Source: the human T2T-CHM13v2.0 reference genome, Homo sapiens. From it: 64,000 nt of DNA. Location of the stretch: NCBI RefSeq assembly GCF_009914755.1, contig NC_060938.1, one strand, 5' to 3'. This document shows positions 11,561 to 26,864 of this stretch, piece after piece (position 1 is the first letter of the stretch; the number at the start of each line of letters is the position of its first letter). Position numbers and translations under genes: made by a program. Below the pieces are notes generated by a model that was given only the letters and a program-made list of their open reading frames with translations, searched no databases and was not told the origin of the DNA.

Positions 11561-13307
11561 TGAGGCATGTGAGCTGGAAACAAGGGAAGCAGAGGTGCTT
11601 CATGTTCCCCAGCGCAACCCCGCATGACCCCCCAGGGAGCTGTCCCTCCTTCCCTGCTTCCCTGACATGGGTGGCGTCTGTGCTGCCACACTGGCCACTT
11701 TGCTGAAGCCTGCCAGTGTTGCCGGCGGAGGGGGGGTTGCGGTGCCACTTGCCTTCTTTACAGAGAAGGAAACTGAGGCTCAGATGAGTGCAGACAGCCC
11801 AAGCCTGTATCAAGTCTGGGGCGCATCTCACATCCCCACACCTGCCTCCAGTACTGCTCACCGCACCCGGGACACACAGGTAGGGGTTTGAAGCAGAAGC
11901 TGGCAGCGGCTCTGTCTGCAGAGGCTGGTTGCCTTGTCTCGCACCTGTGGGCTTGGGTCAGGGCCTCTTTCACGTGAAGGTTTCCATCCCGAGAGCACTG
12001 CAGCACATGTTCATGGTTTGCTCATCAGGACGAAAGAACTTACAAAACTTTCCTGGCCAAGTTGACCAACTTGGTGATTTTTCATAAAGCCCCGCAGCAA
12101 GGCATCTGGAAAGCTCCTTTCCTGCTCCTGACAGTCACCCCGAACGGCATGTTTCCAAATCCACAGAACATATGGGCTGCAGAGCTCAGAGCCTTGCTCC
12201 TGGCCCAGCCAACAGGATGCTCTCTTCTTTCCCTGGCGTGGGTACAGGGGCCACTCTCAGCTGCCTGGGCTTGCCCCCAGCCCTAGAGCCTTGCCTTTGG
12301 TACCCACTCGCTTGCCTCCAAATTCCTGCGTCCATGACCTCAGGGACAGCCCCCCTCGGTGCTCATCTGTTATGAATACCAGCCCATTTTTTTCCCAGCA
12401 AGGAAAGCCTGGCTGAGTCAGTTCCTGGGCCAAGATTGGCATGGAAGGAACTCTACTGATAGGAGCAGGCAGTGAGCATGCAAAGCACAGCTCCTAAACC
12501 CAGGGTCAGGTCATAGCCAGTGGCTGTCAGAGCCTCAGATGGAAGAGCCAGCGGGAAGCCCCCGGCCCACCTGGCTGTATGGGACATTGACCCGGCACAG
12601 GGAGAAGACCCAGGGGGATGTAAGTTAGTTACTCTTCTAGCTCTGGGTTGGAGGCTGGGCTTATGCATGGGCACTGAATCCTTAAAAAGTTAAATGAAGA
12701 TACTAAAATAGAGCCACTCATGGACTCATGTTGATTGGTGTCAGAATAAAGACTATAATCAGTCCAATTCTGTGTATATCTCAGTTTGAGGACAATGATA
12801 GTAATAACAAAATATAGCAATAACTTGACTGGTCTAAACCTCAATGCATTGCTCTACTTGGCCAAACCTATATACCCCCCTTCCCCCATGTTCCTTTATC
12901 TCAATGAATGGCCTCAGTAATCCTGAAACCAAGGTCGGCTGCATCTTCTTCCTCCCTGCACCCTCCAGGAGCAATCCATCAGTAAGTCCTATCAGCGTGA
13001 CACCGTGAATGCCTCTCCTCCTCGCTTCCTTCCAGTTGCCCCTGCCTGGTCACAGGCCTCATCCTCCCTCTCTGGCCCAATTGGATGCCCTCTGCTTGCT
13101 TGCCTCGTCTCTGACTGTATCCTGTGGGTGACATGCATGCATACCCGGTACCACTTAAACCCCCCATGGGCTCCAGGGGCCCCACTTGTGGTGTACCAAG
13201 CCACTCTATCCCCTTGGCCCTGTGTCCCTTCCTTTTCCTCTCTTGCTCCAGCCTTACTTGTAATTCCTCAGTTCACACCTCCATCATGTCTGTGAGTCTC
13301 AAGATCT

Positions 13308-13398
13308 CCTAGCCCTTCTCCAGACCTGTTCAAGACACCCCTAGCCCTTCTCCAGACCTGTTCAAGACACCCCTAGCCCTTCTCCAGACCTGTTCAAG
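13308..13398. repeat. 32-bp minisatellite, ~2.8 perfect copies
   Basis: CCTAGCCCTTCTCCAGACCTGTTCAAGACACC at 13308, 13340, 13372. Confidence 0.95.
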
Positions 13399-16165
13399 TG
13401 CCCCTTTCATCACTCCCCATGTGCAGTTCCATAGTTGTCCATTTCACATTGACTTCCATGTATCTGGAGGGCAGGAGCCAGCTCTGACCCAACTTGCCAT
13501 TCCCAAAGTACCCTCTCAGTGAATGTGGATGGGTCCCCCTGCCTTGTTAATAAGTCATGTGATTGAGCAGATTGTGTGACTTGCCCCTCTTGTCTTGGAA
13601 GGTCATCCTGCCCAGAGCTTGTGAAGGTGCAGTGGCCTGAGCCAGGCTTCCAAGAGGACAACCGTGATGGGCTCTGTGTGCGTTGCTGGGTGAGCTCTGC
13701 CTTTCCTGGTTACACTCTGAAATACTTGTGTACCTGTGACTAAGGGCCAAACTCAGACTAGATGATAGGTGATCAAAGATGGGCTTTGTGACAGGCTGGA
13801 GTGCCTGCGATGGCCTCAGACAGGGGCTGGAATGCATGTGCTTCTCACCAAGAACATTAGCAAGCAGAGGCTGGGTCATTTCTGACAGCTGCTTCTCTGA
13901 GCGGAGGGCAGGGCTGGCTAGAGAAGTCCCTCATCTCTGGTCCCACCTAAGTGGTGGGAGGCGTGTTACTTTGCAGCTGACCAGATGCCAGCTTGAGATG
14001 GGGCTCAGAGTAACCTTCACATCCCTGCCCGAAGGCTCTTTTAAAAATTACGTAGCTAATTGCATTCTATTAACTTATTACCGTAATGGAGAGTGCAATA
14101 AGCAGGGGCCATGTACGTTTTCCCCATAAAATAACCTAAGCTAATGGCTAACATTTATTGCACCTAATTTTTACAAATATTTTTCCCATTAAAAAAGAAA
14201 TACATGTTTATTATAAAAAGCTTGAAAAATATTGAACAGAACAAGTGTAAGAGCAAGACTCTCCCTAGTTCCCCCACTCACAGATCACCATTGCCAACAT
14301 TTTGGTGGCCAGCCTCCGCCTTTTGTTTTTTTTCTATAAATTAGGTGTGTACGTGTCTGTGTGTGCTTAATTGAGTTTATCATTGCCATCCTGTCTTTTA
14401 TTTCCACTAATTATATATCCTGAACATTTCCCATGCCATTAAGCAATTCCTTATCTTGTGCTTTTTAATGGTTACATAGGATTCTAGCAAATGGCTATAT
14501 TGTAATTAATTTAATTGGTTTGCTTTTATTGAATATTTAGATCCATTTAGAGGTTGGATTGCATAAGTCTGGGAGGACATCTTTGTTTATTCATTGTCAT
14601 ATACATGTCTGGCTCATTTTCTGCAGTTCATTCTAAATGTGGAATGTCGTGTCAAAAGGTGTGATCATTTTATGGCCAAATTGCCCTCTTAAAGCTTGTA
14701 TCAACTTACGTTCTCAGAATTAGTTTGAGAGGTACTTATTTCTCTGGGAATTATCAAGGTTGTTCACCTTTGCCAATTTGTCAAAACACAGTATTTCGTT
14801 CTTTTCATTGGCAGTTCTTTTATTACCTGTGATAAAAAAAAACATTTCCCCCGATCTCTTTTGGTTATCTGTATCTGAATTGCCAGTTCAGGTTTTTTTC
14901 ATTTTTCATTTAGTTTTTATTTTTGTCGAAGTCATGCATATGCATCGTTTTAAGAGTCAGATAGTTCTACATGATCGTTGTAGAGCATCAGGCCTCCAAC
15001 TCTCCCAACTCCACCCTAATATTCTGCTTAATGGAAGCAATAGTTTTTAACTCCTTTATCTATTCTCTTGACATTTACATCCATATGTTTAAGTAACATT
15101 GTTTTTCTCTTCTACTTCTTGATTTTCTTTTTCTTTTTTGAGGCTTAGGCATTATCGTGACTTTACAACTGTAGAAGATGAGGATTTGACTCCTTGGCCT
15201 CACCGCCCCCTCCTCCCTTCCTTCTGTGCACCATCCTCAATATATTTAGTACATAGTTCGGGTTTGATCCAAATTGAGAGTTCATCTTTTTATGAGAGTG
15301 TAAGCATTCCTGAAATCTGAGCAACACAGCACTACAATTTACCTTTCCTTCATGACTATTATTTTTCTCTTGGAGTTAATACTTGTATTTTTTTCTCTTT
15401 GATTGGTTAATTTTTTTTAGGAGCCTAGCTGATTTATCCCTAGCCTCTCAATATATTCAAACACATTATTTTTAATTTTTTAAAAGATATGTTTTATCCT
15501 ATCTAGAAGTATCTTCCTAGAGCCTTCTGGCTGGTTTTGTTATGAACTGGGTAATCTTTAGGGTTCTGGATACCATCTTGGAATCTCTTTCACATTCTCC
15601 TTCTGAGGATTCCTTTGATCCTCTCTCCTTAGCTGGATTTTGTAGATTACCTACTTTTGTAGATTCCATGTTTTCATTCTTTTTGATTTACTCCTTTGTT
15701 TTGCTAGAGTGCATCCTCTAGCAGTTTCTGTAGAAATGCTTAATGGAAGGTAAATTTTTAGAGATCTTTCACATCTAAAAAGGAAAATGTCTAGCCCACA
15801 CTGACATTGAAAGGTTGGCTGGGTATAGAATTCGAAGTTGGAAACCTTTGTTTATTTTGGCTCAGATTTTGAAAGCACAAATCATTATCTTGTGGCTTTC
15901 AGTGTTATTGGTGAGATGTCTTAAGTCTTTGTGATTCCTCATCCCTTCTATGTGATTTTTTTTTCTTCCTTTCTGGAACTTGTAGAACTTTCTCATTGTC
16001 TTCCAGTGTTTTAAAATTTCATGTGTTTGTGTCTTGATGTGTATCTATGTTTATCCATTTTTCCAGGTTCTTTTAACCTTGAAGATACTTGTCCTTCAGT
16101 TCTAGAAACTTGTCTTGAACAACTGGTTGGATCATTTCCTCACATTTGTTTTCTCTTCTTAGCAT

Positions 16166-16507
<342 letters not shown>

Positions 16508-17759
16508 TAGCATTTCTATTGTTTGTATGTTGGAACTCCTGACTAGTTTTGTAATATTCCCATATTTTTCCTTTGATTTTCAACTTTTAATATTCATGTT
16601 CTGTTTCTAAGAAGGATTTCCCTATCTTTATGTTTTAACTTATTTTCATTTCTGCTTTCATATTTCTAATTTTTAATTTTTAAATTATATTCTAAATATT
16701 ATATAACAATTTGTTTTATGAATGCAATTGCTTCTTTAATATCTCTGATAATATTAATAATAGGTCTTTTGAAACTTTTTTCTCCCTGCAGAGCAGGCAA
16801 GCTTTGTTCAGTTTACCACTTAGAACTGGAAATCGTTTACCCATGTTGCTCTGTAGGTGTGTTCATTTTTAATTTTGATTTTGTAAGGCCTTTTTAACAA
16901 GAATAGTAACTCTTTTTATATCATATGTTACCAGGATCCCCCACTTTTTCATCTGCCATTTCATTTTGTTGATAAATTATTTTTTATTTTAAAAATTACT
17001 ATGTTCTAAAAATTTATCTTTAATTTTTCCTTACAGTTTCTTCACTTGAATTTTTCTTTTAGCTCAGAAAGTCCTTTCCCAAACTGAACTTTAATTTTTT
17101 TTTTAGTTCTTTCATGATTTCATCTTTTATATTTGAATCTTTACTTATCATCTTAATTATTGTGAGAAATAACTATTTGTTCCACTTCCACATTTAATAC
17201 ATGCTAGATACTTTTATAGCTCGGGTTCTTGTTCTGGTTTTCTATTATCCATTGCTTTGTCATTGCTTTATTTTAGTATATTGTATTGTTAAAATGTGTT
17301 ATTACTCAGTAGCAATAGTCTTCCTTAATTCTTATTTTTCAAGATTTTCTCCGTTAGTCTTATTTGTATATTCTTTCAGATGAACTGTAGTGATATTGTA
17401 AAGTTAAAAACATTCTTTATGGATATTGTGTGGAACCTTATAAAACTGTCAATTAATTTAAAGAGAGTTGATATTTTTTGAAACAGGCTTTGCATGATAT
17501 TTTGAGTTTTATGTATACATATATATTCATAAGTTGTCAAATTCGACAGATTCACAATTTGTTATTTTTATCTCAAGGAATTAAGTATGGCTTCTATTGT
17601 GAATTTGATCCACTTTCTTTATATTTTCTAACTGGTTGTTATTGGTATGTAGGGAAATGTCTGTATATTTATTGTTACTGTTCATCTCACTGAATTCTCT
17701 AATTTGTTCTACAAGTTTCTAGTTGAGTGTTTTGGAACTTCTAGGTAAAGAGTCATTCA

Positions 17760-18092
<333 letters not shown>

Positions 18093-18724
18093 TCACTTTA
18101 TCTCATCTATTTCTTTTCCTTTGACTAGATCTTCTAAAACATTATATTATTGATAACAGAAATCTTGTCTTGTTTCTGGTTCACTTTTAAGTATGGTTGC
18201 AAATCATTTTTTAGTTGAGATTTTTTAAATAAATGAAGTATTTATACCTAGTTAATATAAGACTTTAAATCAGGATTGGAGTTAGAATTTTATGAAATGC
18301 TTTTTTGATATCTGCAGATATCATGTTGTTTTTCTCTGTTGATCTGTTGATACAATAAGCTAATGTTTCGTAACTTTGAAACATTTTTGATTGAATTCTA
18401 CTTGATTATGGTGTATTGTTGTTTTAATACACTACAAGATTTGCTGGGCTAATATTTCATTTAGAATTTTCCAAATCTATTTGTTGTTGAATTTGGGTGT
18501 CAAAGTTATGCTGACTTTGTAAAATAAATTAGGGAACATTCCATCTTTTTCTATGTTCTGTACCATATATGCATTATTTGAATGATTTAGTCCACGAAAG
18601 CTTGAAAGAACTCACGTATGTAACTATCCTGGGATAAGTCTTTGGTAACGTCTCTTATTTCTTCTGTATTTATTGGATTCTTTAGGTTTTCTACGTCTTT
18701 AGAATTTTTGCTTCTTTTTCTAAC

Positions 18725-18960
18725 ATAGCTCAGCGTTTAAATGCGCAGGCACTGGAATTAGACAAATCCAGTTTAAGATTTTGGCTCTCTCATTTTCCAT
18801 ATGATGGGGAAACTGTGTCACCTCCCTAGTTCTTAGTTTCCTCACCTGTTAAATGGTTAAAACGAAAGCCTCCGAGGGCCCTAACAGGACCAGCGTGAGG
18901 ATTCAGAGATAAAGTACCTTGCACTGGTTCTGGCACATAATGAGTGCTCAATAATGTTTT
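18725..18960 (+). mobile_element. MIR element
   Basis: CTTAGTTTCCTCACCTGTTAAATGG core and TGGCACATAATGAGTGCTCAATAA 3' end. Confidence 0.7.
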
Positions 18961-21900
18961 TAGATATTATTTATCCTAGAAAATAATAGATTTTTCTGAG
19001 ATTTAAAAACTTATTCACATAGGATTATAAATAGTATTTTTATACTAGAATTTTAATGTATTTCTATGATTACTTCACTTTTGTCATTCTTAATTTTGTA
19101 TGTGCATACTTTATCTCTTTTTCATTAGATGACCTAGAAGAATATCTATTTTAGAGGTTTCTCAAAGAATCTGTTCTTGGGATAACTTGTCAGTTCAACT
19201 GGTTTTTGTGTGCCTGTGTTCAAATTAAATAATATCTGTCTTTATTGATTTCTTTCTTCTGCTTTCTTTAAGTTTGTTTTATGGATTTGTCCATATATGC
19301 CCTATTGTTATTCTTCTTTAATAATGAAAATATTTCATGGTATGAACTTGCTTCTGTTCACAATTTTGACTGCATTTTCATGTGTCTTAATATGTGGTCT
19401 TCAGAACATTAAAATATTTGTTATAAGGCTTCTTGTTTCTTCTTGTTATTGGAAGAAATGATTATCTGAGTTAAATGTTCAAAACTAGAGCTGATTTTAA
19501 AAAATTAATTTCTAATTTTTTAAAGTTGTAAGTTGTTTATACTTTTAATTCAATTGTGGTTATCTTTTATTGTGGCTTGAGAATGTGGACACATACATTC
19601 TACTTTGGGGGAATTTATTGATGCCTTTTTTGTGCATAATATAATTGATTTTGTAAATGATTTTTGTGGACATTTAAAAGTAGGATGTACTTGTTTATAA
19701 GGTATGGATTTTGATGTAAAGACATTTAGTTTTATTAGCTTTTTAGTCTTTATTTGGATTTTCTTAGTAAAGAATTACATAATCTATAAGCAACCGTATT
19801 TTGAATCTCAATCTAAGAGTTTACTGGATGTACCTGGTTTTTGTTTGTTTCATTACATTGGTTGGAACTTTTTGGACGGTGACCTAATGTTGATGAGATG
19901 AAGGGGCTTCTTTCCTGTTTTTCTCATGTTCTGTTAAGTTTGTTGTTGCTTCTAGATTTGAGGTATGTTCATCACTGACTTCTTACTTATTTGATATTTT
20001 TAGGACTGGAAGAGTTTTGGATACGATGTTTCTATTCTTTTTCCTTGTTTTGGTGCTATTTTATTTCTAATGCAAATGTTCATGAATGCTATGTCATTGT
20101 TGTGGATTATACCTTCCCCCTCAGAGAGGTGTTTAATGACCTGAAATCACAGAAGCACATCTGTTTTCTTTTCATTTGTGTTCCTAAGCTAGGTAGCCTC
20201 ACTTTCTCATGTAATTGTTTCTGCAAAGTGTTGTTTGAAAGTTGAACTGGAGACTTGCATGTTCCAAAGAATTTTGCTCCTCGAGAGCTCAATCTTCCAG
20301 GCAATTTCTAACATTCCATGGATGTTCTTTAGTTTTGTTCTTTTCAAACACTCAGTCGACTGCCTTAAATTCAATTATCAAGGCCAAGGACTGGCCACGT
20401 TGGGTCCGCCTAACGATGTCCATGTTTATACTAATTTCTTAAGTATATAGGAGATCGGTGCTCTTACCACAGGTATCAGCAACTTTGTTTTTCCATTTTC
20501 CACTTATTTATAAAACAATGGGAGCAAAATGTAATTAAATACTTGCTTTCAAAGGCAGCCAAACCCTTTATTCAGACCAAATATTACCCAGAAGCCCCAT
20601 AAGTAAAATAGATCAAGTCAGGGCTGCCTTGTTTCAGGGCTGTGCTGTGACCCCAAGCTGTTGGTGCTGGGCACCCTCCTTAAAATGCTATGGGGGACCC
20701 CAAATGCCCCTGAGAATACCCTTTGAAAGCCTCTGCAAAGAAATATTTAAAATTGCACAAGCAAACTGAAAAAAAATGGCTATGTAGGCAAAACTGGGGG
20801 TGCCATTGACTGCTTGCTGGCAGTCAGCTTCTGTCTGCATTCCGTGGTTTGGAGGATGTCAGTGCATGATTGTGTGGGCTGCCTGGGATTCCAGTGCATG
20901 GAAATTGAGGCCATCCTATTTATCTGTGCCATCCCTCAACTTTGAATTTTCTTGAGTTAATTTATTTAAATTGTGTCTCAGATAGAAAACATATAGTTTC
21001 AGTTGGAGTCTTTTGACCCAAACTGAGCATTCTTTTTGGAAAGGATGTGTAACCCATTTATGTTTTGTGTCTTATTTGTCATGTTTGCGCTTAAAAACAA
21101 AAATGTACTTAATGCTTGTTTTATTTTTTTCACCCTTTTTTCCCTGCTATCTTTTGTTATCTCACAGAGACTACATTTTTTTTAAATTTTAATTTTCTCT
21201 GTGATTTGGAAAGTACATAACCAGCTTCTATGTCTGTTAGTGCTTACATTTCAATTTTTGAAAAACTACGCTTACATCTATTATTTCTCTATGGTAACAA
21301 ATGAAATAGTATTCTCTGACTTTGCCCTTTGTGGAATAATTAAGTTTCATATTCATCTGCTTCCTCCCTTTCCTCCCACTGTTACGCCCTCCCAAACGCT
21401 AAGGAAGGTGTTGAGTTTTATCCCTGCCTTCTCTACTCACCATCCCCCCCAGTCCTGTGCCATGTGCTTTGGGGGGCACAAATGGCCTCTCTCTGCCTCT
21501 GTGGTCTGCCCCCCCGCAGTAGGTGGGGCTACTTACTGTTTCTGGACTATAGATCGTGTAGACCTTGAATCCTACCACTTCATGCACTCTGAATTAACTG
21601 ATCAACGTCATGTGGGTTGAGTATCTGTTTTTCCCTTATCCAGCCTCTGAGCCCCTGGAAGGCAGGAGCACTGAGTCAGTCTCAGCCTCTGCGCAAGGCA
21701 TGCTAGAAAATGCATCGATGGTTGAGTATCCGAGAGAGTACCTGAGCGAGCCAATGGGAGGATGCGTAGCTGAGGAGCGGATGACTCTGCGGAGGAGTGG
21801 GTTCTTCAGGGAGAGGGGTGTGTGCAGGAGTGGATGAATCTGTGCACCTTTGCAAGAAAGGATGGATGAGGGAGTGGAACAGTGACTGGGGTCTGGGGAG

Positions 21901-22973
21901 TGAGAAGGGTTGCCAGCCATCTGTGGTCAGCAGGAGCTTCCAGGCCCAAGTTTGGTGTGTTGGGAGGCTGGGTGAGAAGGTGGGTCCACCCACCTCTCTA
22001 GATACCCAAGAGGCTAGTGGGGACCCAGGCCAATTTCTCCAGGAGGACATGGATGCTTTTGGGGTCTATCTCTTGTACTCCTTCCTTCCTCACCATGCTG
22101 TGGCATGCACGGCCTGTGCTGGGAACTAGGGGTACAAAGCTGAGGCCAGCACAGCCCTTTCCTGCCCCAGAGGAGTTCCCATACCAAGGGGGGACCTGAG
22201 TGAGTTCCCCACCCGCCCCCCGACTGGAGCCTCCCCCTTGGCTCTTATGTTCTAGTCCCTTTATGTTTAGATACCTCAAGAATCCGCCTTAGCTCCCCTC
22301 ACCTACCTGCCATCTTCTTGGCGGCTTCTCTGTATCTCACTTCTTTGTGGCTCCCAACCCCACCACTCCACCCAGAGAGCTAGGTACAGATCATCAGGGG
22401 CCTCCACCAACTGGCAACTCAGAATCTCCACTCGGATTTCTTGGTGGCACTTCAACTTCAGCACACTTAAAACTAAGTGTGCCCCGCCAGCACGTGGTCC
22501 TCATCTAGTGACCCCCAGCTCCAAGAGCGGCCCCACCCTCGGCCAGCTCCCAGGCCAGACACCCGCAGGGACATCCCATGTTTTCTCATGACCCACCATG
22601 CCTTGTCCACATCTGGGCTGTTGCCAAGTCTCTTGTGCTCTTCTTCCTAAATATTCGGAAACATGGCCGCTTTCCTGTCTCCATGACTCCTACCATCCTC
22701 TCTTTGGGGTTCTGTACTCTTTCTTCCTGCTCCTACTCCCAGCAACATCAGCCAGAGATTTCACATCAGCCAGAGAAATCTTGTAAAAATAGGAAGCTCG
22801 CGATGTCCTTTATCAGCTAATAATGGCTTCCCCTTAGCCTGAAGAGAAGTCGGAATTTTACCTTTGTTTTAAGGTCCTGAATGATCTGGTGCCACCCAGA
22901 TCCTCAGACTCACTTCTGGCACATTTCTGGCTCCCCACGCTCAATTCACATGGATACTCTTTCGGTTGCAATG

Positions 22974-24191
22974 CTCCATCCAGACCACACTCCATCCAGT
23001 TCATACTCAATCCAGTCTACGCCCCATCCAGTCCACACCCCATCCAGTCCACACCCCATCTAGACCACACCCCATCTAGACCACACCCCATCTAGTCCAC
23101 ACCCCATCCAGGCCACACTCCATCCAGTCCACACCCCATCCAGGCCACACTCCATCCAGTCCACACCCCATCTAGACCACACCCCATCCAGTCCACACTG
23201 CACACAGTCCATGCCCCATCCAGACCACACCCCATCCAGTCCACACTGCATCCAGTCCATTCCCTGTCCAGACCACACCCCATCCAGTCCACACCCCATC
23301 CAGACCACACACCATCTAGTCCATGCCCCATCCAGACCACACACCATCTAGTCCATGCCCCATCCAGACCACACACCATCCAGACCACTACTCCATCCAG
23401 TCCTCACTGCATCCAGACCTCAGTCCATCTATCTAGTCCACACCTCACCCAGACCAATCTCCATCCAGTCCACACTCCATCCAGTCCACACCCCATCAAG
23501 ATCACTACTCCATCCAGTCCACACTCCATCCTGTCTACACCCCATCCAGTCCACACCCCGTCCAGTCCACACCCTGTCCAGTACACACCCCATCCAGTCC
23601 ACACCCCATCCAGACCACACCCCATCCAGTACACACCCCATCCAGTCCACACCCCTTCTAGTCTACACTCCATCCAGACCACACCCCATTCAGTCCACGT
23701 TGCATCCAGTCCACACCCCATCCAGACCACACCTCACCCAGACCACACCCCATCCAGTCCACACCCCATCCAGTCCACACCCCATCCAGACCACACTGTA
23801 TCCAGTCCACGCCCCATACAGACCATACCCCATCCAGACCACACCTCACCCAGACCATCCACGCCCCATCCAGACCATACCCCATCCAGACCACACCTCA
23901 CCCAGACCACACCCCATCCAGTCACACTGCATCCAGTCCACACCCCATCCAGACCACTACTCCATCCAGACCACACCCCATGTAGTTCACACTCCCCCAA
24001 GTCAACACCCCATCCAGTCCATGTTCCATCCAGTTCATGCCCCACACAGACCACGCTCCATCCAATCCACGCCCCACCTCGACCACTACTCCATCCAGTT
24101 CATACTCCATCCAGTCCATACTCCATCCAGTCCACTGTCCACCCCGACCATGTTCATCTGACCCATGCTCCATCCAGTCCATGCTCCATCT
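22974..24191. repeat. 16-bp minisatellite (CCATCCAG(T/A)CCACACC)n, ~75 copies
   Basis: Directly visible repeat; accounts for the spurious H/P/T-rich and W/G/C-rich ORFs at 22889-24270. Confidence 0.95.
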
Positions 24192-25508
24192 GGTCCTCTG
24201 CTTTTACCCTACAGTGTCCACTCTTGTCCTCTCTCTTCTTGGCTTAGTCCCCTCATCCTTTATCTTCTAATCTAAACTTCTGAGAAGTTTTCCTGATTGG
24301 CGAGAGCCTCTTGTTAAATGCTCTCTGCTCCTTCACAACACTTTGGCCTCCTCACATTTTGAAACCAATTCTCTGCAATAACTACTTTAATGTTGGTTTT
24401 CCCCACAACGCTAGCAGCTGCAGGAAGGCAGAGACTGTGTCTTATTTACTGGTCTAGCTCCAGCACCTCACAGATGTTCAGTAAACACAAGTTTATTTCT
24501 ACGAGTGACCACATGGAAAATGTGAGTGGGCTGGAGGAGAGGTGCAGGCAGGGTGCTGTGGAGGGCCAGGGATGCAAAGGCCTGAGTTGGCTGAGGTGGG
24601 GTCGGGCTCGTGGAAGAACTGCCATTTGGTTGGGCTTCAGAGAGATGTAAGCAGACACGGGGTCTGGGTGGAGGAGTAGTGCCAGCAAAGGCATGTGGAC
24701 AATGCACGGGGTATGGAGGGTAATCTGTTAGACTAGACTAGCTCACACTTGGAGGGGGCAGGGGAGCATGATGCCTTGAATGACTTCCTAAGGAGTTAGG
24801 ACTTCAACAACTGAGTTGCAGGGCCCCGTCTACACTGGGGTTCAGGACTTTAGAGGACAACCGAGCTGTCCTGCAGGGCTGCTGAGGGTTCTGCCCTTGT
24901 CCTTTCCCTGGAGGCTAACAAATCATTGCTTTGCATTCCATTCACATGGGATAGTTGTGCCATGAAAGGGGATGGAGAAAATCAAGGAAGACCTCCTGAA
25001 GGAGGTGGAGAGGTTAATCAGGAGCTGGAGGAACGCACTGCCCACTCAGCTCTGTGGTTTGAGTCTCCAAAGGTGGTCTAGAGCATGGCGAGGACCATCG
25101 GAACTTGGGTGAGCTAGGGAAGTTTTTACCTAGAGGTTGAGGGTCCCCTTTTATATGATGAACTGTGCTCTTGGAGTGTCCCATTTGCCATGCAGAACAA
25201 AACACTGCCCTTTATCTTGATGAAGAGATAGTTGACCACATAATGGCCAAAGCATGGTCAGTATTGTACATTTTGCCTTGTCGCAGTCTTTCCAAGTTGA
25301 CATGGCCTTCCTGGAGGAATTACCACTTAGGGTAGAGGCACCCCTTCCCCCATCAATGCCACTGCCCCACATTGGAGGAGGGGTTGTTTATGTTCACCAT
25401 GTGCCTGCTTCCAATGCCAAATCCAGCCTCAGAAAGCTTTCTGGAAGTGACGCCAACTTCAGGGGCAAGGCCCTGGTTCTGGGGTCAGCACCATTCCGTG
25501 GTTCCTGA

Positions 25509-25575
25509 AGAGATGGTAGACTATGGAACGTAGGCGTTATGATTTCTGACCTATGTAACATGGTCCACTAACTCT
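25509..25575 (+). ncRNA. MIR379: pre-miR-379
   Basis: 5p TGGTAGACTATGGAACGTAGG; 3p TATGTAACATGGTCCACTAACT. Confidence 0.99.
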
Positions 25576-26768
25576 CAGTATCCAATCCATCCTCGGAGGG
25601 CTTCCTGGAGGTGTTGCCAACTTCAGGGAAGAGAACACGTGGTTTAGCTTCAGCACTGCTCCACGGCAATTTCTGTGGCTCATGGTTGATGTCTGACTTG
25701 TGCAACAAGGCCTGGCTCTTCTGGGCACTAAATGCACTCTCTGGGGAGTTTTCTGGAAGTGATGCAACTTGGGCTCAAGACACCGGTTCCAGCCTCAGCC
25801 GTGGTTCTGGAAGAGATGATTTGCCATGTGGCCTGTGCGAAAGGAGGGATTTGTGTGAGATGGGCTACCACTTCCCAGTAGCCTGCCAGCTTTGGAGGGC
25901 TTCGTGGAGCCAATACTACCTTCAGGGGGACCCACCAGTCCATCCTTCATTCCGCTGTGTGGCATTGAAGAGTTGCTTTCCTGTGTTGAAGTTTTCTGTT
26001 TATACCAATGTCCACCTCTGATCAATCTTACATTCAGTCTCAGGGTTTTCCGGAGGCAGTGCCAAGTCTGGGAATGAGACAGTGGTTCTGTCCTTAGGGA
26101 GGTGGTTGACCAAAACAACTCCTGCTTTGTTCATGAAGATGGCATGGTGGTTACTGCTCAGAATCTAATCCAACCTAAGAGGACCTCCTGGAAATGCCCT
26201 TGGTATTGAGGCAGATATGGCCTTAGGGCACTTTTTTTTTTTTTTTTAATGCCCAAGACTAGAGCTCGCTAATAGGTAAGATCTGGGCCTCAGGTGCCCA
26301 GTACTGTTTCCTTGGCCTGGTTAGTGTAACTAGATGGATGTTCTTTGGTTGCACGTGGGCCATTTTGTATTTCTGATTTTCTCCCCACTCCCCTAACCAG
26401 CTCTGTTAGCCATGTGCCATGTCCTCCCTCCCATCTACCCACTCCTTCAGACCCAGCACAGTGTGCCTGGCACACAGCAGGCACTTAATCAGTATTTATG
26501 GAGTGATGAAATCCATATCATCGTCCACTTCTTCTCAGTGGGACTTTCGGCCTCGAAGGGCTTCCTGGAGGAGTTGCCAGTTTTGGGGATGAGCCACTGC
26601 TTCGAGCATTCATGTCAACCCCCGACCATGAAGACGAGACTCCTGGCCTGTGTGTGCTTGTCGCATGATGCATGTGCTGTGCTCAACCTCCCTTCTGGTT
26701 CCACCCAGCTCAAGGCCTTGGAGGGCTTTCTGGATGTGTCCTGAGCCTTTGTCCTCGGCATCTCTGTG

Positions 26769-26864
26769 TGGTACTTGGAGAGATAGTAGACCGTATAGCG
26801 TACGCTTTATCTGTGACGTATGTAACACGGTCCACTAACCCTCAGTATCAAATCCATCCCCGAG
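26769..26864 (+). ncRNA. MIR411: pre-miR-411
   Basis: 5p TAGTAGACCGTATAGCGTACG; 3p TATGTAACACGGTCCACTAACC. Confidence 0.99.

Noticed and set aside
23355-24161. 268-aa His/Pro/Thr-rich ORF and overlapping W/G/C-rich antisense ORFs
   Set aside because: Translation of the 16-bp minisatellite; no gene structure
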